From the IMG/VR virus record IMGVR_UViG_3300010347_002503, positions 1 through 64,000 of that record: a stretch of 64,000 nucleotides of DNA; one strand, 5' to 3'. Each line of letters starts with the position of its first letter. The first letter of the stretch is position 1. A program made the translations under genes and the position numbers. This DNA is from a virus (taxonomy: Duplodnaviria; Heunggongvirae; Uroviricota; Caudoviricetes). Positions 7,131-15,214 of the stretch are shown here, one piece after another. Below the pieces are notes generated by a model. The model had not been told where the DNA came from and did no database searches. It saw only the letters and a program-made list of their open reading frames with translations.

Positions 7131-7904
7131 ATGAAACGAAAACTTGCTTGGAGACCTGATCTTCCCGATCAGCGAGATTATACCTTTTCTCAACTTACTA
7201 TTGATCAAAATATTCCTATCACCGCCTCAGTAACCTCAAGTCTTAGGTTCTGGTGTTCTTCTGTAGAGGACCAAGGAACTCTTGGAAGTTGCGTGAGTAA
7301 TGCAGTTGTTGGGCTTTATGAGTTCAATCGAAATTTCTCTGGTTTGGGAGGCTCAAACTATCGCAATTTCAGCCGTCTGTTTAACTATTACAACTCTCGG
7401 GTACTTTCAGAAAATGTCGATGAAGATTCCGGAACTTATATTCGAGATGCCATCAAAAGTGCTAAGTTGAATGGAATTTGCTATGAATTTCAATGGCCGT
7501 ATGACGTGAATGCTTGGATGAATGAACCTCCATTAGGATGCTATCGGGAAGCCATCAATCACAAAGTTAGCAAGTATTACAGAATTGAGACGTTGGATGA
7601 AATGAGGACATCTTTGGCAAATTTTCATCCGTTTGTTTTTGGTATTGCTGTTTACGAGTCTTTTCTGAGTGATGCTGTTGCTGCCACGGGTGATGTTCCC
7701 ATGCCCTCGTCAAGGGAACAAATGTTGGGTGGTCATGCAATGCTCTGCATAGGACACGATGATATTACTCGACGTTTCTTAGTTCGTAATTCATGGGGAA
7801 AAAATTGGGGAATTCCTTACGGAAATCTTGGAGGCTATTGTTGGATTCCTTACGATTACCTCACCGATAGAAATTTGAGTGACGACTTTTGGACTGCTTA
7901 TTGA
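7131..7904 (+). CDS. papain-like cysteine peptidase (family C1)
   Basis: Catalytic triad motifs Q-x4-C (DQGTLGSCVSNA), His (GGHAMLCIGHDD) and Asn-Trp (NSWGKNWG...GY). Confidence 0.8.
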   Translation: MKRKLAWRPDLPDQRDYTFSQLTIDQNIPITASVTSSLRFWCSSVEDQGTLGSCVSNAVVGLYEFNRNFSGLGGSNYRNFSRLFNYYNSRVLSENVDEDSGTYIRDAIKSAKLNGICYEFQWPYDVNAWMNEPPLGCYREAINHKVSKYYRIETLDEMRTSLANFHPFVFGIAVYESFLSDAVAATGDVPMPSSREQMLGGHAMLCIGHDDITRRFLVRNSWGKNWGIPYGNLGGYCWIPYDYLTDRNLSDDFWTAY

Positions 7905-7916
7905 TATTTATAAAAT

Positions 7917-8912
7917 ATGCGTCTTTCAGAACTGATTATACATAAAATTTCTCCAGATCATCTTTTTGAAACTTACACGCTTCCTGAAATGGCCGCTGGC
8001 GATGTAAAAGAAATCTCTCAAGAAGAATGGCAAGAGGGCATTCGGTTGGCGAAAGAACACAACGAGTCTCCAGCGATTGACCCACAAATCAAAGGGTTCT
8101 ATTACATTGATGTCACTGGAAGATATCAGGTGTATTTTACGCTATGGCGTTGGAAAGATGTTGATCCAACGGTTGCTCAATGGGTAAAGAACCCCATTTA
8201 CATGGGGAACATGACCACGAATTTTTTGACTTCGGTTAAAAAAGCATTGGAAAAAATTCCTCGAAGTGTCCGTTTTCAAATCATGACGGACAAAAATCGA
8301 GAAGGTCTCATTGGAAAGAATGTCGTTCGAAGTAATGAAGACATCAAATTTACTTTTGGAAAATACCGTGGAAAATCACTTGGAGAAGTTTACCTTGAAG
8401 ACCCTCGTTACATTATTTGGCTAGTTCAAAATCAAGATCCAAAATATGAGAATACGAAACTAGGTCAGGCATTAAGAGTATTCGCCAACATGTATTACGA
8501 GGAAGTCACCAAGCAAAATCAAGAAAAATACAAGGATGTTCAATACGTCGGTGCCATCGGAGACCAATATGAAGGGGAAATTGAGGTTTACAAGATTGAA
8601 ACTAAGGAGGGACGGTCGTTCAATCGATGGGAAAAGAATCCAACTTATACAGATGCCCGTGCAGTGGACGATAAAGGAAACAAGTTCATTATCTATAATC
8701 TTGATAAAGCATTTCCAAATCATATCATAACAAAAGGAACCAAGGTCAAAATTCGTGGAAAAATTAAAGACCAAAAGGAAATCCTTGGAATCAAATTCAA
8801 TCGAATCGGTTACGTCAAGGGTATTGATCCCGGCAATGCTCAACCAAAACATCCCGAACTTCAACTTCAATCACAGCCGGAAATTCCACACCCAGAAAAC
8901 CCAGAGTTTTAA
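7917..8912 (+). CDS. protein with DUF3820/QSregVF_b-like motif (FGKYRGKSLGEV..DPRYIIWL)
   Basis: FxFGKY+GK..EV...DP.Y..WL signature found in phage replication-associated proteins. Confidence 0.55.
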   Translation: MRLSELIIHKISPDHLFETYTLPEMAAGDVKEISQEEWQEGIRLAKEHNESPAIDPQIKGFYYIDVTGRYQVYFTLWRWKDVDPTVAQWVKNPIYMGNMTTNFLTSVKKALEKIPRSVRFQIMTDKNREGLIGKNVVRSNEDIKFTFGKYRGKSLGEVYLEDPRYIIWLVQNQDPKYENTKLGQALRVFANMYYEEVTKQNQEKYKDVQYVGAIGDQYEGEIEVYKIETKEGRSFNRWEKNPTYTDARAVDDKGNKFIIYNLDKAFPNHIITKGTKVKIRGKIKDQKEILGIKFNRIGYVKGIDPGNAQPKHPELQLQSQPEIPHPENPEF

Positions 8913-8914
8913 TG

Positions 8915-8985
8915 CGGTAGTCGTTCAATAGTAAGACACGACATTGCCAATGTTGAAAGGGAGTATTGCCTCCTTACCGCACCAC
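8915..8985 (+). tRNA. tRNA-Gly(GCC), non-canonical (D-loop AATAGTAA, T-arm GGAG-TATTGC-CTCC)
   Basis: Perfect acceptor GCGGTAG/TTACCGC, arm CGACA-TTGCCAA-TGTTG, CCA; lacks the GGTTC signature. Confidence 0.5.
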
Positions 8986-8986
8986 G

Positions 8987-9062
8987 CACGCATGATGTTT
9001 AACGGCAGCATATCTGCCTTCCAAGCAGATCGTGGGGGTTCAAATCCCCCTGCGTGCTCCAA
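8987..9062 (+). tRNA. tRNA-Gly(UCC)
   Basis: Perfect acceptor GCACGCA/TGCGTGC; arm TCTGC-CTTCCAA-GCAGA; T GGGGG-TTCAAAT-CCCCC; CCA. Confidence 0.8.
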
Positions 9063-9139
9063 TTTATCCCGGTATGCGTACTGCCACACAGCCAACATCC
9101 TCGCAGTAGGTGGAATTGACTAACTGGACCGGGAGAATG

Positions 9140-9214
9140 GGTTCGAAGCTTTAATAGTGAAGCACGAAGCTTTTAACTTTGAGAAGACGGAGCATTACCG
9201 TCCGAACCCACCAA
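9140..9214 (+). tRNA. tRNA-Lys(UUU), non-canonical T-loop AGCATTA
   Basis: Acceptor GGGTTCG/CGAACCC; D GCTT-TAATAGTGA-AGC; arm CGAAG-CTTTTAA-CTTTG; T GACGG-AGCATTA-CCGTC; CCA. Confidence 0.6.
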
Positions 9215-9225
9215 TTATTTTATTC

Positions 9226-9303
9226 GCCATGTAGCTCATCATTGGAAGAGCAGCGTCTTGATAAGGCGAAGGTGGCAGGTTCGAGTCCTGCCATGGCGAC
9301 CAT
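9226..9303 (+). tRNA. tRNA-Ile(GAU)
   Basis: Perfect acceptor CGCCATG/CATGGCG; D GCTC-ATCATTGGAA-GAGC; loop TTGATAA; TTCGAGT; CCA. Confidence 0.75.
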
Positions 9304-9308
9304 TTTTA

Positions 9309-9380
9309 TCGTACGGGGGGCAGAGTTTACGAGCCACCATCCATTCGGGATGGAGTAAATCAGGTGTGAGTCCTGAACGT
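9309..9380 (+). ncRNA. tRNA-like cloverleaf without canonical loops (pseudo-tRNA or structured element)
   Basis: 7-bp acceptor-like closure TCGTACG/CGTACGA; internal hairpins CCATC-CATTCGG-GATGG and TCAGG-TGTGAGT-CCTGA. Confidence 0.3.
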
Positions 9381-9408
9381 ACGACTATTTATTGACATAG
9401 ACAATACC

Positions 9409-10098
9409 ATGTTTTGTTTCTTTCATGTTACGAAAACGGCAGGAATGTCGCTTACGAAAATAGTGACAACGTGTCTTTCTCGGTCTTTTTTATACGAAAA
9501 CCACGTCGTTCTTTCAAATAATCGAACTCGATATCGTTCTCGTCCGTTGGTACAATCTCCGGACACCGATGCTGCCAAATATTTTACGGGGCATTTGGTC
9601 TATTACGGAATGCACGAAGATATCCAAAGACCGGGAAAGTACATTCTTTTTTTACGAGATCCCGTTCAGCGTATTATTTCTCTCTACCATCATGACAACA
9701 TTGAGACAGTAAGGAATGAAAGACCATTTCCGAATTTTACCGATTGGATAAAAGCGAATCTGGATAAAACCATGATTCATGGTATAACATCAGGATCGAA
9801 ATTTCCTGCAACATTAGATGGAGCAATTAAGATTTTGGAAAGGACAGCATTCATTGGTCTTCAAGAAACTTTTGCATTAGATGTTCAACAACTTTTCTAT
9901 CGGGATATTATTATTCCACACGAAAATGTAACTGAAAAACGAAAAAAAAAATATTTCGGAATAAAACTCAATGAAGTGAATAAATCGGATTATGATTTAA
10001 TGCAAATTGTTCTTGCTGATGATATCAAATTACATAAATATGCTTTGAAACTCAGAGCAGATGGTCACAACGAAGGATTTCGTTTGCCATTATTTTAA
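9409..10098 (+). CDS. carbohydrate sulfotransferase-like protein (Sulfotransfer_2/HS6ST-like)
   Basis: 5'-PSB-like motif FFHVTKTAGMSL and 3'-PB-like motif LRDPVQRIISLY. Confidence 0.55.
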   Translation: MFCFFHVTKTAGMSLTKIVTTCLSRSFLYENHVVLSNNRTRYRSRPLVQSPDTDAAKYFTGHLVYYGMHEDIQRPGKYILFLRDPVQRIISLYHHDNIETVRNERPFPNFTDWIKANLDKTMIHGITSGSKFPATLDGAIKILERTAFIGLQETFALDVQQLFYRDIIIPHENVTEKRKKKYFGIKLNEVNKSDYDLMQIVLADDIKLHKYALKLRADGHNEGFRLPLF

Positions 10099-10196
10099 CC
10101 TATTGAATGTTCTGCTAATTCCAAACTCCATTTAACCAAAAAGAAAAAAGAATAACAGATAGGAAATACAAAATAAATGTCCTATCAATTAACCAT

Positions 10197-10275
10197 GCAA
10201 GTGAAGCCATAGAGGACGGGCATCTGGCTTTTAACCAGACTATTCGTGTGGGTTCAAGTCCCACCACTTGCACCA
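10197..10275 (+). tRNA. tRNA-Lys(UUU) (canonical copy)
   Basis: Perfect acceptor GCAAGTG/CACTTGC; arm TCTGG-CTTTTAA-CCAGA; T GTGGG-TTCAAGT-CCCAC; CCA. Confidence 0.7.
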
Positions 10276-10279
10276 ATTT

Positions 10280-10314
10280 AGAGGAGTTGGGTTCAAATCC
10301 CAATATCCTCTCCA
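10280..10314 (+). ncRNA. tRNA acceptor/T-arm minihelix (top half of a tRNA only)
   Basis: AGAGGA-G-[TTGGG-TTCAAAT-CCCAA]-TA-TCCTCT-CCA; no D or anticodon arms. Confidence 0.35.
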
Positions 10315-10320
10315 CATTAT

Positions 10321-10416
10321 GGGGAGGTAGCTCAGAGGTTAGAGCGTCGAGCCAATGGTTGATTATATCTTCCAGTAACCCGAAGGTCGCAGGTTCAAAT
10401 CCTGCCCTCCCTGCCA
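10321..10416 (+). tRNA. tRNA with ~19-nt internal insertion (anticodon unresolved; possible intron or giant variable arm)
   Basis: Perfect acceptor GGGGAGG/CCTCCCT, canonical D GCTC-AGAGGTTA-GAGC and T GCAGG-TTCAAAT-CCTGC, CCA; 42 nt between D and T arms. Confidence 0.5.
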
Positions 10417-10491
10417 AATTCATGAAATCAATGACATTCATAGCATAGAAATCTCTAGCGTGATTCCGAGTGGTAACACCTATTTATAGGC

Positions 10492-10896
10492 ATGACAAAA
10501 GAAGAACTACGCCAATTGATTCAAGAAGCGATTCAGACTGCATTGAATGAAAGGCAAAATTTGGAATATTTAAGTGATGACATTCCAACTCGTACAATCA
10601 TTGGCGAAGCGTGGACTCAAATTATCCGGAAACTGGAAACTTTAATAGGAGAAGTTGAAAGTTTTAATGATTCTTTTGGATACACCATGCAGAAAATGGG
10701 AATGAAAGAAAAGCTCGCCGTTCAGTCTTACGTGGCGCAACTCCAGCAAATTGTGAAAATACTTGAGCAGCTTCATCCCGCCATCAAAATTATGACGAAA
10801 ATCGAACAATATGATGAACTGCATGAAGGTCATCCCCATGGGCGTTATGCACAGCAAGCGGGAGCAACTCCGTTTGACACGCCTCAAGATTTCTAA
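10492..10896 (+). CDS. hypothetical protein
   Basis: 134-aa ORF immediately after a CTATTTATAG motif. Confidence 0.5.
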   Translation: MTKEELRQLIQEAIQTALNERQNLEYLSDDIPTRTIIGEAWTQIIRKLETLIGEVESFNDSFGYTMQKMGMKEKLAVQSYVAQLQQIVKILEQLHPAIKIMTKIEQYDELHEGHPHGRYAQQAGATPFDTPQDF

Positions 10897-11470
10897 TGGG
10901 TTGCAAGCATTGCAGCGATGCAGCGGTCTCTTAAACCGCAGAGCACGGGGCAGCACCGTGGCGACCCACCATTACTTTTCATTTTTCATGTCTAATTCAT
11001 CACAAAATTTGGTGTGTTCATCTCATGAATATTCCGGTTCGTCTCATTTGAATTGTTTTGGATAATCAGATATGGTATGTCGTGAAGCCAAAAAACTTGG
11101 TGGATTCGACATGCGGAATACGCATGTAATAATGAAAGGTCAATACATATGAGATTATTCACTTCAATCGTTTGCACAAGATACGAACACGCCGCTTGAA
11201 AAAGGTAAACTCGTTATCGGTGAAGTTCAGGGCCGGGGTTTTCATGGTCCCGCATTTCAACATGGATGGAACCAACAAGGTCCAAGAGGTCCAATGTGGG
11301 CTCAACGTGGTCCCCGTGGTCCTATAATGTATCAAGATCTTGGGCAACAAGGTAAAGGTTGCTGCTGTCCTTGCCACGAAAAGCATGGTAAAAAACGAGG
11401 CAAGCAACATCGTCACGGACGCAAGTAAAAATATGGTCCCTGTCAATAACAGGTACTTTATAAAGGCTTG

Positions 11471-11509
11471 ACCGCTGTGCCAATCTAATAAAACAGCGGT
11501 ATCTTTATT
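11471..11509 (+). terminator. putative terminator hairpin
   Basis: ACCGCTGT...ACAGCGGT 8-bp stem followed by ATCTTTATT. Confidence 0.35.
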
Positions 11510-11582
11510 CCCTCTTGGTGTAATGGCAGCACAGAAGCCTTTGGAGCTTTTAGTTGGGGTTCAAATCCCTGAGAGGGAGCCA
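11509..11582 (+). tRNA. tRNA-Gln(UUG)
   Basis: Perfect acceptor TCCCTCT/AGAGGGA; D GTGT-AATGGCA-GCAC; loop CTTTGGA; TTCAAAT; CCA. Confidence 0.75.
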
Positions 11583-11583
11583 C

Positions 11584-11675
11584 GCAGCGGTAATCGGTGC
11601 GGTCTTCTAAGCCGTGGTCGTTAAACTCCGAAATTGGATTTGACCTTGTGGGTTCGAGCCCCACCCGCTGTGCCA
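11584..11675 (+). tRNA. atypical tRNA, 92 nt, probable Arg(UCU); D region ~6 nt, with a 32-nt insert before the T-arm
   Basis: Acceptor GCAGCGG/CCGCTGT, arm GCGGT-CTTCTAA-GCCGT, T GTGGG-TTCGAGC-CCCAC, CCA; same architecture as 5200-5285. Confidence 0.45.
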
Positions 11676-11685
11676 CTTTATATAT

Positions 11686-11762
11686 CAGGGTGTAGTTCAG
11701 CTTGGTAGAACGCAACACTGGGGGTGTTGAGGTCGTGGGTTCGAATCCCGCCATCCTGACCA
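11686..11762 (+). tRNA. tRNA-Pro(GGG)
   Basis: Acceptor CAGGGTG/CATCCTG (same as Pro-CGG); arm CAACA-CTGGGGG-TGTTG; TTCGAAT; CCA. Confidence 0.8.
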
Positions 11763-11772
11763 TTTTTTCTGA

Positions 11773-12000
11773 TTGACATGCTCCATGAAGTATGGTATGG
11801 TGTTTTTCATGAAACTGAAAAAAAGTGATATTGGCCGTTGGGCAACTGTAAAATGGGATGACGTGGGAAGAGTTGATTGTTTGATTGTTGATATCAATCA
11901 ATCGTCAAAAACACTAAGGATTTTTGAACCATTTAAGGGAACTTCAACGGTGGGTTTTTCTCAAATTACAGAACTGAGAAAGCACCAGACAGCACAATAG
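11773..12000 (+). CDS. hypothetical protein
   Basis: 75-aa ORF following the tRNA cluster; alternative start MKLKK at 11809. Confidence 0.4.
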   Translation: MTCSMKYGMVFFMKLKKSDIGRWATVKWDDVGRVDCLIVDINQSSKTLRIFEPFKGTSTVGFSQITELRKHQTAQ

Positions 12001-12326
12001 TTCTTTGATGCCCAGTTAAACCGTAAAATCGTGACGAGGATTTTCCTAGATAAAAAGCTCCCGCTAGGTTAAAAAGATGTAGGTCTTATGAGCGTAGGCT
12101 CAAAAAATGGGAGATTTTGACTCGTCTGAATATGGGTAATGATAGCAATTTCCTTGTCCCCGTGGCTGCGAGGGTACAACAAAGCCCAACGGGGTTGGTA
12201 CGTGGAAGTGGACGCACGGAAACGATACGTCGGTTGAAGTCCGACACTGGGCTCCTAATTTTGAAAGTAGAATATGTTCTTTCACAAAAACAAGTTGTTT
12301 TTCCACTTTGAGATACATTTATTGGC

Positions 12327-12851
12327 ATGAACCTGAAATATCCCAAAGAAATGTTGATCCCGCTTGTCAGGGGAAGCGTGAGTATATCCGACGTTATGAG
12401 AAAACTCGGCATTCGACGCTCTGGGGGAAGTCATTCTCACCTTTCCCGAAAACTGAAAGAGTATGAGATTGATACTTCCCATTTCACTGGCAAGACAGCG
12501 GCGAAAGGGAGACCTTCGCCTCGGAGAAAGCATTGGACCGAAATCTTAATTTTACGCACATCTGGAAAACGTCAACACGCCATCCAATTAAGAAGAGCGT
12601 TAATCGAGAGTGGTGTTCCATATCAATGCTCTGAATGTAGATCGGAGCCCGTATGGAGAAACAAAGAACTCCGATTTCAAGTTGACCATTTGAATAAAAA
12701 CTGGTTGGATGACAGGAGAGAAAATTTGAAGTTTCTTTGCCCGAATTGTCATTCACAAACGCCGGGATATAATGGTTCAAAAGGATATGCCGACATAATG
12801 GATTACAATCGGTATCAGCGAGAAAAGAGAAAACAAAAAATGGCACCGTAG
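12327..12851 (+). CDS. HNH endonuclease
   Basis: CxxC...H-N...CxxC core: CSEC...VDHLNKNWLDDRRENLKFLCPNCH. Confidence 0.75.
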   Translation: MNLKYPKEMLIPLVRGSVSISDVMRKLGIRRSGGSHSHLSRKLKEYEIDTSHFTGKTAAKGRPSPRRKHWTEILILRTSGKRQHAIQLRRALIESGVPYQCSECRSEPVWRNKELRFQVDHLNKNWLDDRRENLKFLCPNCHSQTPGYNGSKGYADIMDYNRYQREKRKQKMAP

Positions 12852-12919
12852 CCCAATTGGAAGATGGCAATACGCTTAGAACGTATGTAGTGCAGGTTCG
12901 AATCCTGTCGGTGCTACCA
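12842..12919 (+). tRNA. class-I tRNA with anticodon UAG (Leu codon CUA) but a short 5-nt variable loop
   Basis: Acceptor GGCACCG/CGGTGCT; perfect arm ATACG-CTTAGAA-CGTAT; T GCAGG-TTCGAAT-CCTGT; A73; CCA. Confidence 0.65.
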
Positions 12920-12926
12920 ATTTTAT

Positions 12927-13009
12927 GGCCGTGTGGTGTTAAGCGAAATTTGGAAGAAGCGGTGGTTTCAAAAAATACCCCCTTGGAGGTTCAAATCCTC
13001 TCACGGCTA
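12927..13009 (+). tRNA. atypical tRNA (83 nt, no encoded CCA, extended D region; possible Leu-CAA-like loop TTCAAAA)
   Basis: Acceptor GGCCGTG/CACGGCT and T GGAGG-TTCAAAT-CCTCT; interior not foldable as a standard cloverleaf. Confidence 0.4.
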
Positions 13010-13016
13010 CTACTTT

Positions 13017-13286
13017 ATGGAATTGACCTTAGACGAACGTTGTGTTACGAAGCAAGGAACTTGCTATCGTTCTTTCATTGGCGACTCGGAGACAACCAAA
13101 AAAGAAGTCATCGAGGAACAAGCCAAAATTGCCAAAGCTATCAAAGGGCAAACTGTTGCCATCAACGGAAAGGTTTCAAAAGTACTTGATGCCCGAATTG
13201 GAAAGTATTGCAACTTGGTGAATCATCGTTATTATTTGGAAATTTTAACGGACGAAGAATATGAGCGAACAAAAGAAAACAGTTGA
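13017..13286 (+). CDS. hypothetical protein
   Basis: ORF 12933..13286 trimmed to the first ATG after the tRNA at 12927-13009. Confidence 0.4.
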   Translation: MELTLDERCVTKQGTCYRSFIGDSETTKKEVIEEQAKIAKAIKGQTVAINGKVSKVLDARIGKYCNLVNHRYYLEILTDEEYERTKENS

Positions 13287-13530
13287 GCAGAACGAATTAA
13301 TTGCAACTCGTGTTCCTCCCGGTGACAAGTGGATGCTTGTTGACGACGAAAAGCGAGTTGTCCATCCGAGTCTGACTGATGTTCTTGAAGCATATTTCCG
13401 ACTTCACAAATTCGTGGGTGATTTCCGGATATCCCCGAAAGAAGGTAAGCTTTACGCCATCAAACAAGTGGAAGAAATCATTCCGCCGAAACCCGCCCGA
13501 GTCTTCAACATGTATGGTGATGGAGAATAA
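13261..13530 (+). CDS. hypothetical protein
   Basis: 89-aa ORF in a packed plus-strand series. Confidence 0.4.
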   Translation: MSEQKKTVEQNELIATRVPPGDKWMLVDDEKRVVHPSLTDVLEAYFRLHKFVGDFRISPKEGKLYAIKQVEEIIPPKPARVFNMYGDGE

Positions 13531-13533
13531 TTT

Positions 13534-14115
13534 ATGAGTATTCGACAAAAGGCCAACAAAATCAAAAAAGAGCGTTGCCGCACGTTGATTGCGGTACTCG
13601 AAAACCCCAAAACCATTGAAAATATTGGTTCAGTCATTCGAAACGTTGATGCCCTTGGGGTGAGTAAGTTATACGTAATTGACGGCTACAAATTATTACC
13701 GGATAATTGGCAGGATATGCGTGAGCGGAGAAGCTTAAATAAAATCTCTGCTTCCGCCGTCAAATGGACTTATATCCATCCTTTCAAAACCACAGCGGAA
13801 TGTATCGAACATTTGAAAAGAAAGCATTTCTTGTCGGTAGTAACATCGCCGCACGTAAAAGGTAAAAAGAACGTTTCCCTCGATGAGGCCGATTTCACAC
13901 AGCACCATCTGGCGGTCTGGTTTGGAAACGAAAGTCATGGGATTTCCGACGAAGCCGTTCAAGCTGCGGAATTCTGTGTGAGCATTCCGATGCACGGTAT
14001 CATTGAAAGCTTCAATCTGGGTACATGCTCGGGTATTGTTCTATATGAGGTCACCAAACAGCGAAGACTTTTCCGAAAAAATAAACAGCAGTGCCGAACG
14101 GCTGTAATGGACTAA
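13534..14115 (+). CDS. SpoU/TrmH-family RNA 2'-O-ribose methyltransferase
   Basis: SPOUT motifs ENIGSVIRNVDALGV, VWFGNESHGIS and IPMHGIIESFNLGTCSGIVLYEV. Confidence 0.8.
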   Translation: MSIRQKANKIKKERCRTLIAVLENPKTIENIGSVIRNVDALGVSKLYVIDGYKLLPDNWQDMRERRSLNKISASAVKWTYIHPFKTTAECIEHLKRKHFLSVVTSPHVKGKKNVSLDEADFTQHHLAVWFGNESHGISDEAVQAAEFCVSIPMHGIIESFNLGTCSGIVLYEVTKQRRLFRKNKQQCRTAVMD

Positions 14116-14139
14116 ATCCCGATTCGGCTCCATTTTTAC

Positions 14140-14328
14140 ATGACTTCATTTGTTTTCGAACGACAGAAATATTACGTCACAATGGCAGAAGCAAAGCAAA
14201 AACAACGCCAGAGAGAACTTCAAAGATTAACATCCCGACAGTGTTTCTTAGACATACCATCTGAGGAAGTTGGTAGTGAGCGGGGTGAATGGTGGACTAA
14301 ACGAGTCGGCGGTAACAAGCTCAACTAA
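14140..14328 (+). CDS. hypothetical small protein
   Basis: 62-aa ORF. Confidence 0.3.
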   Translation: MTSFVFERQKYYVTMAEAKQKQRQRELQRLTSRQCFLDIPSEEVGSERGEWWTKRVGGNKLN

Positions 14329-14366
14329 AGTTTCTCATTTCTCTCCATCCAGAATGAGAAACGAAT

Positions 14367-14442
14367 GCTCTCGTAGCTCAATTGGAAGAGTCAGTGCGTC
14401 CTAAGCACTCGGTTGCAGGTTCAAATCCTGCCGGGAGCACCA
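14367..14442 (+). tRNA. tRNA-Arg(CCU)
   Basis: Arm AGTGC-GTCCTAA-GCACT; T GCAGG-TTCAAAT-CCTGC; CCA. Confidence 0.8.
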
Positions 14443-14540
14443 ATTTCGTATGGAAAAGTATCGGAAACTATAACGTTCAAGTAACGGGTGTTTTATGATT
14501 AACGGTGCCGCTCTAACTTCGGAGGCTACTTATTCAAACT

Positions 14541-15002
14541 GTGGCCATAGGTGGATTTTTATTGACAAGTACGGTCCATTTTGCCATACTTGTTCTCTGT
14601 ATAAAAGAATCAGAAAAGAATAGTATGAGAAAGTGGATCAAACAACTGCCGGAAATGAAGAACTGCGGAGTAATAGCGGTGGCGATCATTGCGGAAGTCT
14701 CGGTTGAGGCTGCCGCTGAGGCTATAGGTAAAAAGGGGGCTACATTCACAAAAGACCTTGTCAAGGGTCTCAGAAAATTTGGATTCAAATGTCCAGACCG
14801 TTGTGTTCGAGTTAAATCAAATCAACCCCTTCCCAAATTGGCAATCGGCCATTTGTCCGACCCAAAACGAAAAAACGGCTGGCATTGGATTGTGATCGAT
14901 GGAGACAAAATCTGGGACGGTTTGTTTGGCGATCCCGATGGTAAACCGGTGTATTGGGAATCCGGGTGGAAAATCACATCGTATCTTCCTGTTACGAAAT
15001 GA
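14541..15002 (+). CDS. C39-like (papain-fold) peptidase domain protein
   Basis: Cys motif KNCGVIAVAII and His motif NGWHWIVIDG, resembling Peptidase_C39_2; N-terminal hydrophobic segment. Confidence 0.5.
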   Translation: MAIGGFLLTSTVHFAILVLCIKESEKNSMRKWIKQLPEMKNCGVIAVAIIAEVSVEAAAEAIGKKGATFTKDLVKGLRKFGFKCPDRCVRVKSNQPLPKLAIGHLSDPKRKNGWHWIVIDGDKIWDGLFGDPDGKPVYWESGWKITSYLPVTK

Positions 15003-15013
15003 TATTTATCGTG

Positions 15014-15181
15014 ATGGAAAATGATATTATATCAAAAACGTTTTACTGCCCCAGATGTCAAGCAGTCTTAAAAAAGAAACGACCATCGGACAAATTTCTG
15101 GTGGTAGATAAAGAACAGATTGTTCGGTTATTTTGTCCGTGTGGCTACTATCGGGATGAGAAGGTAAACGAAACCTCTTGA
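15014..15181 (+). CDS. Zn-ribbon mini-protein
   Basis: CPRC...CPCG. Confidence 0.4.
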   Translation: MENDIISKTFYCPRCQAVLKKKRPSDKFLVVDKEQIVRLFCPCGYYRDEKVNETS

Positions 15182-15214
15182 CAAATCTATTGGTTTTGAT
15201 ATAATTGCGGGTAT

